From Geosiphon pyriformis uo1 (taxonomy: Eukaryota > Fungi > Glomeromycota): DNA of 64,000 bases. Positions 1 to 11,912 of the stretch are shown piece after piece. Numbering within the stretch: position 1 is the stretch's first letter; each line of letters starts with the position of its first letter. Under the pieces are notes generated by a model. The model was not told where the DNA came from. It saw only the letters and a program-made list of their open reading frames with translations, and ran no database searches. Position numbers and translations under genes: made by a program. The stretch spans positions 434,001-498,000 of the forward strand of contig JAAOMT010000441.1 in assembly GCA_016748015.1 (NCBI GenBank). Direction: 5' to 3'.

Positions 1-754
1 AGCGTTATTTATAGTTAACTCATTTTTTTAGAATATTTAATATTATAATTTATCTAGCGAAAATTAACTATAGATATTACAAAATATATCGATGCTATCA
101 AATTGACTCGTCAAGAAATCAAAAGGACCCTACTATTGGTTATTTTCCGATCGGCGATAAGTCAAGAAAATTATCTTTTATATTTATCAAGTGGAGTTTC
201 TCCTTGAGGGTTTTGAGTGAATTATACCCACAGCTTAAAAGGCGAACTTTAGACTAGTTGGAATCTATGCAGCATCCGAGAATATCCTAATTTCTTAAAA
301 AAATCCTCTTACCTATTCTGGCTACCTCGGTTTCTCACGAAAATCCCTGATTTGCGAGCAAAATTTTACACCTCAAGTTTCCGAGATGGAGTAGTTTGCC
401 ACCGTTTACCACACTTACGCATTGACCTTCTCTAAAGCCGATGAATTGGCTTTTTATTCGCACCTGTCCAATAGAGTTACATAACTCGTTATTTCGACAT
501 AGATAATTCAATCTAATGCTAATGGATCACTTATCAAAATCTCTAGATTATTCGAATGGTTCAAACAAATCATTCAAAAATAATACTGATGGGCTTAAAC
601 AATCGTCGTGCATATGCCAGCTTTTCACGGACTTGCTGTTTTTGACATAAATTTCTATTGGTTTGTTCTTTACTCGTTGGTTTCCTTGAGCATATAATAC
701 AACTTTTGCTTAAGAATTACCTGAGAATTCCCAAAACAGTTTGTTTCTTTGGCC

Positions 755-3700
755 ATGAGTGACGGGCGTTCAGTGTCGCTGCAATCTTCAGGTACCATGA
801 TACTTAAATTTAGAGATTGAACGTACGTATTTGGAGGGCGACCTTTGAGTTTTCCAATTTAGTAGGGACAACTTCAGCAGAAGAGTTGGCCGAAAAGTAT
901 CAGAAGCTTTTTCAAGATTTTTCAAAGTAAATTTTCCAAATTTTCTGTCAAGTTCAGTTGCCTCCGTGTCTAAATTTAACATCGTTATCCTTTATTTTGT
1001 CCCCTCAACATATCAATGCGAGCAGGATAAAGGCACAGCAAACTGTCTTGAAGAAAGCGGTCATCAAGGTGAGAGGGGAGCTGAACCTCAGTTTCGTCGG
1101 GCGAGTCACGCGTTTCAAACTATTTCTCACATTTAGAAATTGATATATCTCAACAGGAACAAGCCACTAATTCATCGCTACAGGAAGAATTGAAAACAAA
1201 AGAACACGAGTTACGAACGGTAATTTTTGATAACTGGTAGTTCAACATGTCACATTTTAACCTTAATATTAAATTATTGACTCGAATAAATCTTTTGATT
1301 ACATAATTAGTCTTTGCAGCAACTTGATCTCTTAACTTTTCACAATCAACGACTCACCAAACGTATTGAAAGCCTTCAAGATTCGGGAAATGCAGTAAAT
1401 TCAAATTTTGGATCAATTTTTTATTACCTCAATAAATTCAATGATTTGATTTGATTTGCTTCTCTTAAATATAGCGCTTGGCTCCCGGTTGGTTGTTGGG
1501 CTCAACGAAAAAAGAACTTGAAAAGTCAAAATCTATTCTAGAAGCTAATACTAAAGAATTACAAAGCAAAATCGAAGAGAATGGTAAATGGCAGTTAATT
1601 TAATATTTTTTGATGATTAAAAATCTCTAATTTAGACCTCCCTTCTTCAGAACAGCTGCATAAAGATATATACGAGGCCAAAGGTCTCTACAATAACCAT
1701 GTGAACATGTTGCAAACAAAATTGTCAGAATTAGAGAAAAAAACAGAAGACCTCCAGGTATTATTTTATCGAGTACAACTTTTTTTCTATCTTAATTTAC
1801 GATTTTTGGCTATAGGTAGAATTAACAAGGTCACATCTTGCTGGGGAAGAGGCATTAAATATTGTTCGAGATGAAAAGCGTCGCTTTGAACTTGAACTTG
1901 AACAGACGAGAGCAGAGCTCCAACAGTAAGTTCTCAACTCTATATAACAGATTTCTATTGTGCTACATTCCTTAACTTTCACATCTTCCTTAGAACTAAA
2001 GCCCTCTTAGAAGAAAATGAAAACAAAATGAGGGATGGGGAAGACTCTTTAAGGATTGAAATAGCTGCACTCAGGGACACCCTATCAATCAACCTTGGCT
2101 TATCAGAAGATCCTCATTTTGACAAATTCAATGTATGCAGGATTTGATTTTCGCCTTAATGAAGTAATCTATCCGAACATATTTATCATTTTTATTCTTG
2201 ATTGAATTTAGACACTATACAACAAAATTGATTCAGAGGCAAATGAAATCATTAGCGGTTTCAGACAATTACAAGCCAGTGCTCGCGAGTATCTAAAAGC
2301 ACTCAAAGAAAATGTAAGTGTTTTAGTAAACAAAATTGATTGAAAATCGCATTTATTTATTTCTAGGTTACTATTTATTTTTTAGTCACATTCCTCACAC
2401 TCGCTTGGTTTGCAAATGAAGAGTGCCAGCCAAGCATGGCACCAAAATCTTCAAAATCTAGCGGTCAAATTGGCATCCTCTCAAAGTATGTCTTACGCTT
2501 TGTTGCAGGCAAGGTCAAAATTCTAAAAATCTGATAATTTCTTTTCTTGTTTGTGAAAGACCAAATACAAGAGCTTGCAGCAGAAAAAGAAAAACTTGCG
2601 CACGAGAATGAAACGAACGCTCGAAAAGTTTCTATTTTGAATACTGAAATTCTTCGGCTAAAAGAATTGGAGAAACAATATGTGAGTGTTTTCTCCCTGA
2701 TGTTTTCTCGATAAAACTGATAATAAACAAAGTGCCCAAGTTAATTTACCACACGGCCTTTTAATTGCAAATATTTTCGTTATGCCTCTTATATACATTT
2801 ATTCCTTTTCCTACCATTTTTATCTTTATCAATTTTCTACGCCTTATTAACTGGTTTATCCTATTTGATTTTCCCTAATAGTCCGTTGCTTCAATACAAG
2901 AAACAAACGGTGCTAAAATTGTGACAACAGATGTGAAACCAGCTATAATTACTGTAAAAAAAGTTTCTTTCGAGGACAATTCAGTCGTTTCGGAAAAAGT
3001 ATTCAATCCTCAAAGTGAAATAGCAGAGAATAGTTTAGAAAAACATCAACAAAATGAAGAATCTGAAATTACTGACCATATTTTCAAGGCCAATGAAGTT
3101 AATGGTGAACTCTCTCATGTTGACCTTAACTCAAATCAGATCCTTTTGTCATCAAAAGAAACTGATGATTCCTTAGGCATGAATTCGCAAAAAGTGGGGT
3201 ATTTGACTCATGTGCTTCAAACTGATGAAAAGGAAGAGGCCTTAGAGAAAGAAATTGTTGAATCACCTCCAATTAAAATTAGCACTATATACCCAGCTGA
3301 TGAAGTACTTAATGAAAGCGATGAGGAGGAGGAGGAGGAGGAGGAGGAGGTAGCTATAGCCAATGTATACACGCAAAATGTTTCATTTGGCGAACATCCC
3401 ATAAAAGGCATTTTGTTTCAACATAGTCAGCAATTATTTATCCAGCGGAAGGAACAACACATGACTTTTCAAGTCAATTAATAGAAACGAACGGTTTAAA
3501 TTCAACCCATCAAGTTGCGAAGCACGCGTTGTCTCAAGCAAAACACAACATTATTAGAATTAAAAATCCCGTTGACGATACATTGTCAATAGTCACATTG
3601 GAGAGAGACACAGGGGTAAGTGGTGATGCCTCGCCGAATTTTGTCATCTTTTTGAATTATTAATTCAGCTCGAGTATTTTTTCGTGAATACGCTTTTTCA

Positions 3701-4224
3701 AGTGCGTCCCAATGTCTGAGGGTGATGTAAACCGTGAAGCACTTATTAAAAACCATTATGAGAGTAAAATTCATCAATTGAGAGAAAAGGTAGTTGAGGA
3801 TTTCTAATTATTGCTCCTAATTTGCTGTTTAATTGGCTAACAATTATTAATTACAGTTGGAATTAGTCGACAGTAAAACCGTTCGCATTTATAAAGCATT
3901 AAAAGTGATGCAAGACAAACTAAGGGAGGCCAACAATGAGAAAGAATCTTTTCAACAAGAAATCGCTAGACTGAAAACCGAAAAAATGCAAATGAGTGTA
4001 AGAGCTTATTATTCTGTTGAGTTAATTCTTGTCTTCGGTTTTTGTTGATCAACTCATGATTTGTGGGTGTGGCACAATAGTTCGAGTTTGAAGAAGAGAA
4101 AAACAATTATCAAAAACAAGTAGATATGATGACGGATTTCATGAATACGTTGCAACTGCAATCTGCAAAAGAGGGCCAAGTGGATGAAGAGGCAATGGGT
4201 GGTACTTCACGGTCGGTTGCATAG
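755..4224 (+). CDS. Multi-exon PPP1R21/KLRAQ1-like coiled-coil protein (FERRY complex Fy-2 homologue)
   Basis: Spliced GT-AG exons give ELAEKYQKLFQDFS / IKAQQTVLKKAVIK-EQ (KLRAQ-type motif) and LDLLTFHNQRLTKRIESLQ at the N-terminus. The C-terminus reads YESKIHQLREKLELVDSK...EEEKNNYQKQVDMMTDFM (TTKRSYEDQ-domain-like). ATG 755, TAG 4222-4224. Internal exon borders are approximate. Confidence 0.8.
3323..3349 (+). repeat. (GAG)9 coding microsatellite (poly-Glu)
   Basis: Nine consecutive GAG codons at the end of the large exon. Confidence 0.9.
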
Positions 4225-4493
4225 GGAACAGATTTTCTTGAAGTAGCCTAGGGACCACTTGGGTCTGATTTTTTGAAGTCATTCTTGTATATTAAATTTT
4301 GTATTTAAATGGTTCATCTATGTAAAAGTATAAATACTACCATTTCTGATTATTCTTCAGTCACTATTGAAGAGCTGTACCATAAGAAAATTAAAGTACA
4401 ATTCCTAGAGTTTGTTATCAAATTTGGTCATTTAAACCAACTATCAAATAAATAAATTTTTATTCAAAAATGAGTTTTTAAACTAATATCCAC

Positions 4494-6109
4494 TTATTGT
4501 GGACTAATAGCGAAAGGAATCTTTTCTTTTGGATACGTAGGGCCAACACGTCTTATGCTGATGTTAGCAAGCCAGTGTCCACCTGCAATAGATTCATCCA
4601 CATTCTTCCCCTGTGTATATTGGCTCAAAAAACCGCCAACAAATGCGTCCCCTGCTCCATTAGTATCGACGATATCTTTATCAGCAATCGGAATAACTGG
4701 ATATTCTTTAGTGTTCCCATCTTGATGAGCGACGATTGTCGGCTGGGAACCATGAGTTATTACTGCGATCCGCTGTCTTTTATTGTTGATTTTCGGTAGT
4801 TGGGCAATTAGGGTGGCAATCTGCTTCAAATCTGTTGTCTTAAATAAGAGAAACGAAGACACATGTATTTTTATTAGATATTTTTGAATTTGAAAGTTGA
4901 CTCTGTATTAGTCAGAAAAATAAATAAATGATTGACGGAAATACCTCCCAATTATGTGCCGTCGCAAATGATTCGGCCTCGGTTTCATTTCCAAATATAA
5001 TGTCCCAATATGGAGATACCTCGTCCATTGGTTTTTTGAAGAATTGAGCCAAAAAAGGCGCTGAAAGGTTCATGCTGAATACCTAATAGCAAATAATCAT
5101 GAACTTTTCAATAAGAGCTGCAGCAAAAAAGGAATTGATATGAGGTGAATTTGTACTTTGTTTTGGTGGGCAGCATGTTTTGCAATCTCGAGTATTGTAG
5201 GGGGAGATACGGTTAAAAAGAATCCGCCAACATAAAAATAATGTGCGTGTTCGACAAATTTCCATTTCTCGGGGGATTTTAGATCGCTCAATTGATACTT
5301 TTCAGCGGCTGAAAGATTGGCTACCAACGATCTTGTTTAATGTAAAAAAGAATTTTATTCGTTTATCAGGAAAAAATAAAACTATCAAGAGTGCTTGCTG
5401 TTTACCTGTTGTGATCGGTGAGTATTACAGCACAAGTTCCAGTAGGAGCCTCATCCGTGATCATATATTCAACCCTTAACCCTTCTTGCTCAGCCGCTTC
5501 GCGAAGTTTGTCCCCGAAATGATCATTACCGACACAACCGATGTAGACTGTAGAATTTGGTGGAAGCAGGTACTTTTTATAGGGAAGAGAATATATCAAG
5601 TGTTTTTACGGGAGAACACTGATAAGAATGACATGAACTCAAGTAAATATACCTGAGCCCCACGCGCTGCATTTTGAGCTGCACCACCAGCAACATACAA
5701 TGGCTCATAAATTTTCACAATCTCTTCGTATCTAATTGAGATGAAGTCTATTTAGTTCGTTCGATACACTTTTAATTGATTTTTTAAAAATCTGCTGAAG
5801 CTTATAAGTGCGCATCTTACAGTGTTTTATGTTTTTCTTCAGCTAAGATCGAATCGTTTGGTTTAAGATTATACCTTCACAGTTTGTATTAATAAAACTA
5901 ATTAATTTATGAACGGCTTCTTTAATCTTCAATAAACACTCAGCAAAATTGAATGCTCAAAGAATTTAGGAAAATTTTTTTCTCTGTTGTACTTCAACTC
6001 TGCTTTATTATTATTACTTTTTGAGCAAGTCTTGGTTCCCGTTGATCTGAATATCCAACAACGGGTTGCCTATGCATAATAGGATGTACTCTTCTAAAGC
6101 TGTAGACAT
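4494..6109 (-). CDS. ADO1: Adenosine kinase (PfkB family), multi-exon
   Basis: Exons encode LLCIGNPLLDI, YVAGGAAQNAARGAQ, YIGCVGND, PTGTCAVILT, LVANLSAAEKY, YVGGFFLTVSP, NLSAPFLAQFF, WDIIFGNETEA and DTNGAGDAFVGGFL (PfkB signature). ATG 6109, stop 4494-4496. Confidence 0.95.
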
Positions 6110-6227
6110 GTTTTCTTTGCTAGTTTTTTTGATGGTGCTTATGTCGTTTAAATAATTAGATTATCGACTTATAATTTTGGTATTCCTGGCCTAATTTAGC
6201 AGCCTATCGGACTTTAACCCACTGAAT

Positions 6228-6251
6228 TCACGTGAGCATTGCTTCACGTGA
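6228..6251. promoter_or_regulatory. Tandem TCACGTGA E-boxes upstream of adenosine kinase
   Basis: Perfect TCACGTGA at 6228-6235 and 6244-6251, 120-140 bp upstream of the ADO1 ATG. bHLH (Cbf1/Tye7-type) consensus. Confidence 0.55.
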
Positions 6252-6407
6252 AATCTGTTGGTTGCCGCGTTCATCATCTATATACAATAATTGAGATTGA
6301 AAAGTTTATGGTCCCGTGATTATTTCAAAAAAAACTAAATATTTATTAATGCTGAAGATGTTGAAACTAAACTATACAACTCTCAACTCAACACTACCAC
6401 TATCTCC

Positions 6408-8247
6408 TCAATCCTCAATCTCCTCAAACTCCATGTCGTCCAATTCATCGAAGTCTTCAAATTCCTCAACATCCTTTAGACCTCGACGAACTGGAGACAC
6501 CTCTTTAACCACCTCCTTCCCTTTCCCTTTATCTAGTCTCTTTAAAACTTCCTCTTCCTCCACCTTCTTAACTGCTCTTACAAAAATTCGGGTCTCATCA
6601 TTACTCAACTCTTGCTGTACTTCAGTTTTCTGCCCTTTCCAAGCAATAGTTGGAGCAATTATGGGAACCGACAAAGTGAATTCGTCATCACCATCTTCAG
6701 CCGTGCGCTTCCGCATCAATTTAGGTCCATAAATCGGTACACGATTGTTGGCTACAAAGAACTTGTACCTGTTAATCTCAAAATTAATTATCGGAATCCC
6801 ATATGGAATGTTGATTATTCCATCACTATCAGGAGGATGGGTTGCCGTAGTAGGATAATAAAGTATTTGACCATCAACTTGCATTAATCGTTGGAGATTT
6901 CGCTCCATCATTCTGATTTCATTAATTTTCCGTTCTTGTTGGGTGACTGGATCCTCCTCTACTTTGACCTCAACTACCATCTGTGTTCGAAAAATTTTAA
7001 ATAATAAAGCTTAGAAACCTCAAAATGATAAAAATAATTATATTTCTAATTTCGGACTTTCAATTTGATACTAGACAAAAGGCAAAAAGCTGAATTCCAA
7101 AAAAACCTTACTGGGACTGATTTGTAAGAGCTTTCACTTGGAAGAGGAGGCAGATGAGGTGGGATATGGGAAGGTCGAATATCACTAGTCTTGTGATCAT
7201 TGCGATTTTTTATTTTTCCATCGACTCTATTCGTTTTAGCTGTTTTTGTTTTCCCGATTTTACTCGTTTTGTCTTTGCTATACTCCCCAAATTCATTTTT
7301 GCTGTCGGTTACTTCCTCTTCGCGACTTTCATTTTGATCATTGTTAGCGAGATCACCAGAATTTTCATCCATAGAAATTTGCGATGATGATGGGATCAAG
7401 AAAGTGGGAGCCGGAAGAAATGATGCTCTCAACTTTGAGCCAAATATGCGATAAGAAGCTTAGAAAGACGAATCAAAATTCGAATAGTCAGAGAGCTAGC
7501 TTTGGTTTAAATATGATTTGAAAGTTATCCAATTAAACAGATTACCTCTATTACAATTCCCTTGACAATTAACCGTTTTACACATTGCATCACATTTGGA
7601 ATTGAAGCTCTCGATATAGCCCTCAAGGGCACCAGTCGTGATCCCCATCTCGGTCATCGCTTTATCAACATCGTTCAGATTAGGCTTTGATCTTCGGCCG
7701 CTTTCTGCAAAAGTGTGGGTTGCACGTGCCAACTGATCAAAATCTGTGAAAAATAAGAAAATGGGATGAATTTAATAGGTAGAATGTGGCTAGTAACCGA
7801 ATAATATCAATTGATGCCTTAAAAGATTAAGAATATATAAAAGCTTTAAGTCACAATATAAATAAAGATCCAAAGGAGAAAATCTAATCACTTTAAATTC
7901 CATCTTACGATCGAAAAAGACCCATCCAATTAAATATACTCACAATTAGAAACTATATCGCCAAGAACATCGTATGCCTGCATTGAGATGCCATCAAAGC
8001 CAATATCTCGGGTGATAAAAGCTCCCACACGACGGCAAGCTTCGTTGGCGACGACCGAATTTATTTGCATGGAATTCTCTGGTTGTTTTAAAGCCATATT
8101 TTCTTGCTGTCGGAACCGATAAGTCTCGTCTATTTTAGGTGATGAATCCAACTGAGAAAACGGTTCTTCAATTTTCACATTCTGTCGACGTCTCTTTGGA
8201 GATGATCTGGCGTGAGCCACAGCTGGTTCGATGAATCTGGTGCTCAT
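6408..8247 (-). CDS. TAF8: TFIID subunit TAF8-like (Bromo_TP histone fold + TAF8 C-terminal motif), multi-exon
   Basis: Histone fold ACRRVGAFITRDIGFDGISMQAYDVLGDIV / LARATHTFAESGRRSKPNLNDVDKAMTEMGI. Pro-rich RPSHIPPHLPPLPSESSYKSVP and MMERNLQRLM match the TAF8 C domain. Confidence 0.75.
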
Positions 8248-9007
8248 TTTAAAAGTAGAGGTCTAATCAAAACATAAAACAGATAAATTTTTATAATATC
8301 TTATATTAGTAATCAGAACAATCATGTGAACACTAATAAATAGTTATCAACTAAAGACTGATTGATTACAATTATTAATTTATAAAATTTTTATTAAAGT
8401 AATTAATAATTTGATTATTTAAAAAATATTTATATTTATATTTATTAAAATAGTGTAATTGCAAAATAATAATGATAAAAATTATAATAAATTAAACTAT
8501 TTTAATAAGTAATTTTAACAAAAATAATTAAATAATAAATATTAATTTTTTATTTAAACATATATTCTATTTATTTGTTATTTTAAATTGAAAAACAAAA
8601 TTCACTAAATGTGTAAATTATTAATATTTATACAATATAAATTTTAATAATTTAAAAAACAGCAAATTAAATGAATTTAAAAAATTCAATATTTTATATT
8701 TTGATTAAAATAATATTTTTGAATTTAAAATTTTTTAGTTGGTTACAATTTAAGAAGAAAATTTTAAGTTTTAATAAAAAAATAGTTGCATCTTATTACA
8801 GTATTAAGTATAATTTCAGTTAGCAAATCTTAAATTTACAAAATATAAAAAATAAAAATAGGTGAAATTAATAAATAAATTGTAATTCCTTAAATTTTAT
8901 TAGTATTGTAAAATCTACCCATCAAAGATTATCAGATTGGTATTACTGTCAATATTTTTGTTCACAAAGAAATCCTTTTGATATTAAACTATTTGAAGGC
9001 TCGAGGA

Positions 9008-10357
9008 ATGTCTGTCCCAAACGAGTCTTTAGCGGAGTCACTCACAAGTGTACCAACGAGCACGGAAGCTTTAGCAAGTTTTGAAAATTCTCACTCAAAC
9101 GATCAGATCCTCGTAAATGAGTTATCCGAAAGTGCCGTCAAGGGTAACTCAAATGAGGAAGCCCACAATACTCCTTCAGGGTCTGAAACTGAAGACTCCA
9201 AAGTTCCTACAATAGAGAATAAAAAATCCCAAAAAGATAAGGAATCGATACTCAAACATGCAGACGCATACTTTTGCGATGAAAACTTAAGGAAATTGAG
9301 GGCAGAAGCGGGGGAAGAGAAATGGGTCAACATAGAAGATCTTATGAAGTTCGAACCGATTGAGAAAAATTCCGTGGATCGAGATATGATTATCCAGGCC
9401 TTTCAAGGATCAGAAAATTTATTCGAAATAAGTGAGGATGGGAAACAAGTCTGCCGTAACGCCAACGCAAAACTAACCGCCCCAAACGAAGTTCCCTTTG
9501 GGAACGATCATTTAATCCATTCCATTTACGTCAAAGGATTTGCTTCATCTATAACTGAAAAGCAATTGACAGAATACTTTTCAACTAAATTTCAATCATT
9601 TACCAGACTTAAAATGAGACTTGACGATGAAGGAAAATTCAAGGGATCTGTTTTCGTAAGATTCAAGAATAAGGAAAGTGCCATGGAAGCTCTTGAGAAT
9701 CCTCTTGAATTTGATGACCAGCCCTTGCTTACCATGTTAAAATGGAATTATTGTGTCAAGAAAAATATTGAAAAAAATCGGCCATTTGACGCAATGTATC
9801 ACTTTCAACAACTTAAAAATCACAAAAAACCCAAATTGTCTAAGAAAGAAAAAAAGCGCTTGAGCAAGCGCGAAAATAATAAGCAAAGCAATACTGCTTT
9901 TGCTCCTCGCTCAGTAACAAAAAAGCAACAACTCACAGAAAAGCTAATCAAAAGTGAAGTTTTGAAAAAAGATACTGTAGATTCTCAATCCCCAAATGAG
10001 GGAGAAAATCAAAATACCGAAGACGCCGTGCCAATCCTGATCAAAGATGAAAATGAATCTGTCTCGGTAACTTCTTTGAAAAGGAAAATAGAAGACGATA
10101 ATGTTGAGAATGGTAGCGATCAAAACATTAAAATTACCAAACTTACGCATCAGGGGGAAACATCTTTTACTACAACAGCGAGCTCTAATCAGACAATGGT
10201 CGAAAATGATCATGCATCAGCAAGCCCCTCGAAAAGGAAATTAGATGAAGATAGTTGTGAAGAGAACCATACAGAGAAAAAAACCCGATCCTCTAAAATA
10301 GCAAATGAAGAAACACCACTCAATAAAGAAGAATCGGAGGAGATAATTGTCGAATAG
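9008..10357 (+). CDS. La-motif + RRM RNA-binding protein (La/LARP-like), intronless
   Basis: La motif ILKHADAYFCDENL...WVNIEDLMKF...LFEISEDGKQVCR; RRM RNP2 SIYVKGF and RNP1 KFKGSVFVRF; basic/low-complexity tail. First ATG at 9008. Confidence 0.85.
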   Translation: MSVPNESLAESLTSVPTSTEALASFENSHSNDQILVNELSESAVKGNSNEEAHNTPSGSETEDSKVPTIENKKSQKDKESILKHADAYFCDENLRKLRAEAGEEKWVNIEDLMKFEPIEKNSVDRDMIIQAFQGSENLFEISEDGKQVCRNANAKLTAPNEVPFGNDHLIHSIYVKGFASSITEKQLTEYFSTKFQSFTRLKMRLDDEGKFKGSVFVRFKNKESAMEALENPLEFDDQPLLTMLKWNYCVKKNIEKNRPFDAMYHFQQLKNHKKPKLSKKEKKRLSKRENNKQSNTAFAPRSVTKKQQLTEKLIKSEVLKKDTVDSQSPNEGENQNTEDAVPILIKDENESVSVTSLKRKIEDDNVENGSDQNIKITKLTHQGETSFTTTASSNQTMVENDHASASPSKRKLDEDSCEENHTEKKTRSSKIANEETPLNKEESEEIIVE

Positions 10358-11912
10358 TCTCCTCTTATTTCAGGAAATCACCAAGACGATGAGGGGTATA
10401 GAAAATATTTAGGTTCATTCAAATAGAAAAGGGAATTTGTGGTATTGGAATAAAACTATTTAAATATGTTAGATATTAGCGAAAAATTAATCTTAGAATC
10501 ATATTTATATTTTATTCCTTTTAATTTCAAAAAACGCTTTTTAAACTTGATTGTTTTTAGCTCTTGGTCAATAATATCTCATATTGCAAAATAAGTTTGT
10601 GCCTCACGAGTTCTACCCAACATCGCGTCGACTGCGATTACTCGTGTGTTCAGAAAGACCCTTAATTAGACATCTTGTCAAGTTGTATGTCATTTTGGAA
10701 CTTGTGCTTCATTTAAAATACGATGAAAGGATCAAAGGGAGTTGACCCAATTTTTCTGTTGAAATCATTCGCCAGAGTTATAAATTGTTAAAAAATTTTG
10801 TCAATTCGAAAATTTTAATTTATCAATTATATAAATAATGTATGGTATTAATTAAAGTAAATACAATTGAATTTTAAATTTAAAATAATAAAATTTGGTT
10901 AAAATATAAAAAGATTTAATGAGATTTATTATTTTACATACCGCAACAAAGTGAACTTTGTGACGTCAGATGGGATTAGAGGTAATGATTCTTTAGCCAA
11001 AATACTTTATCGTATCAAATTGGACCTCGAGACAATTGTTAAACATGACTTTAGTGTAAATTATGAAAATGCAAAGCACAGTCAATTATTGACAACATAT
11101 CAAGCTGGAACATGGAAAGTTAACTGGTCTTTGGCAGCAACCTGGAACACAGAAAGCCGACTGGTCATGAACAGAAAATTTGACACTCCCCTCTTATTCA
11201 AATATTAATTCACAATTCTGTTATGGTTTTTGATTCTTTCTGAAAAAAAAAATTTGGGGAGATCTTTTAATTTTTCCAGCGGTATAATCTTGTACCGCAT
11301 TATTGCTGGGGCCAAGAATATGAGCCCTAAATATGATAACAAGCTAAAGACTTAATCAAAACCATGAAGAACTTACAAGATATATTGCTTTTAATATATA
11401 AAAAGTTGCCAACAACCAGAATTTTCTTAATTCTAAACAAATTGTACAAATTACTGGTATTGTTGGGATTAATTATTTTATTTTGAGAATACCAAGTTTT
11501 TAACAAAGTTTTTACTTTTACTATAATTTAGAAGCTTTCACAATATTTGAAGTACTTTTATGTGTCGTGGTTGTTTTTATTAATCTTTTAATAATATTTA
11601 GTTTTAATATGTGTATTGTTTTAATGTTATTAAAAGCTTTTAAAAAAAACATTAAAATTATAAAATTAATAAATAAAAAAAATGTGTTAATTAAAAATAT
11701 AAAAAAAAAACAAATACAAAATGTCAACTAAGCAATATATAAAATATATTTATCTAATATTTTACAAAATTTAATTTTTTATTTATTTATTTATTTATTA
11801 ATGAGTGCAGCCCAACCAAAGTCTAGAATAAGTTACAAAGAAAAGTAGCCAACTAAACATGATTCACACATTTGTTATATGTGACTGGTCACTCGAGCCA
11901 ATCAAGACAACA

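Noticed and set aside
10951-11208. 85-aa ORF with a TGACGTCA site
   Set aside because: GTG start, no recognisable motif and no splice support.
11766-11778. LINE TSD AAAATTTAATTTT vs AAAATTTAGTTTT near 28788
   Set aside because: Plausible but not distinguishable from chance in sequence this AT-rich.
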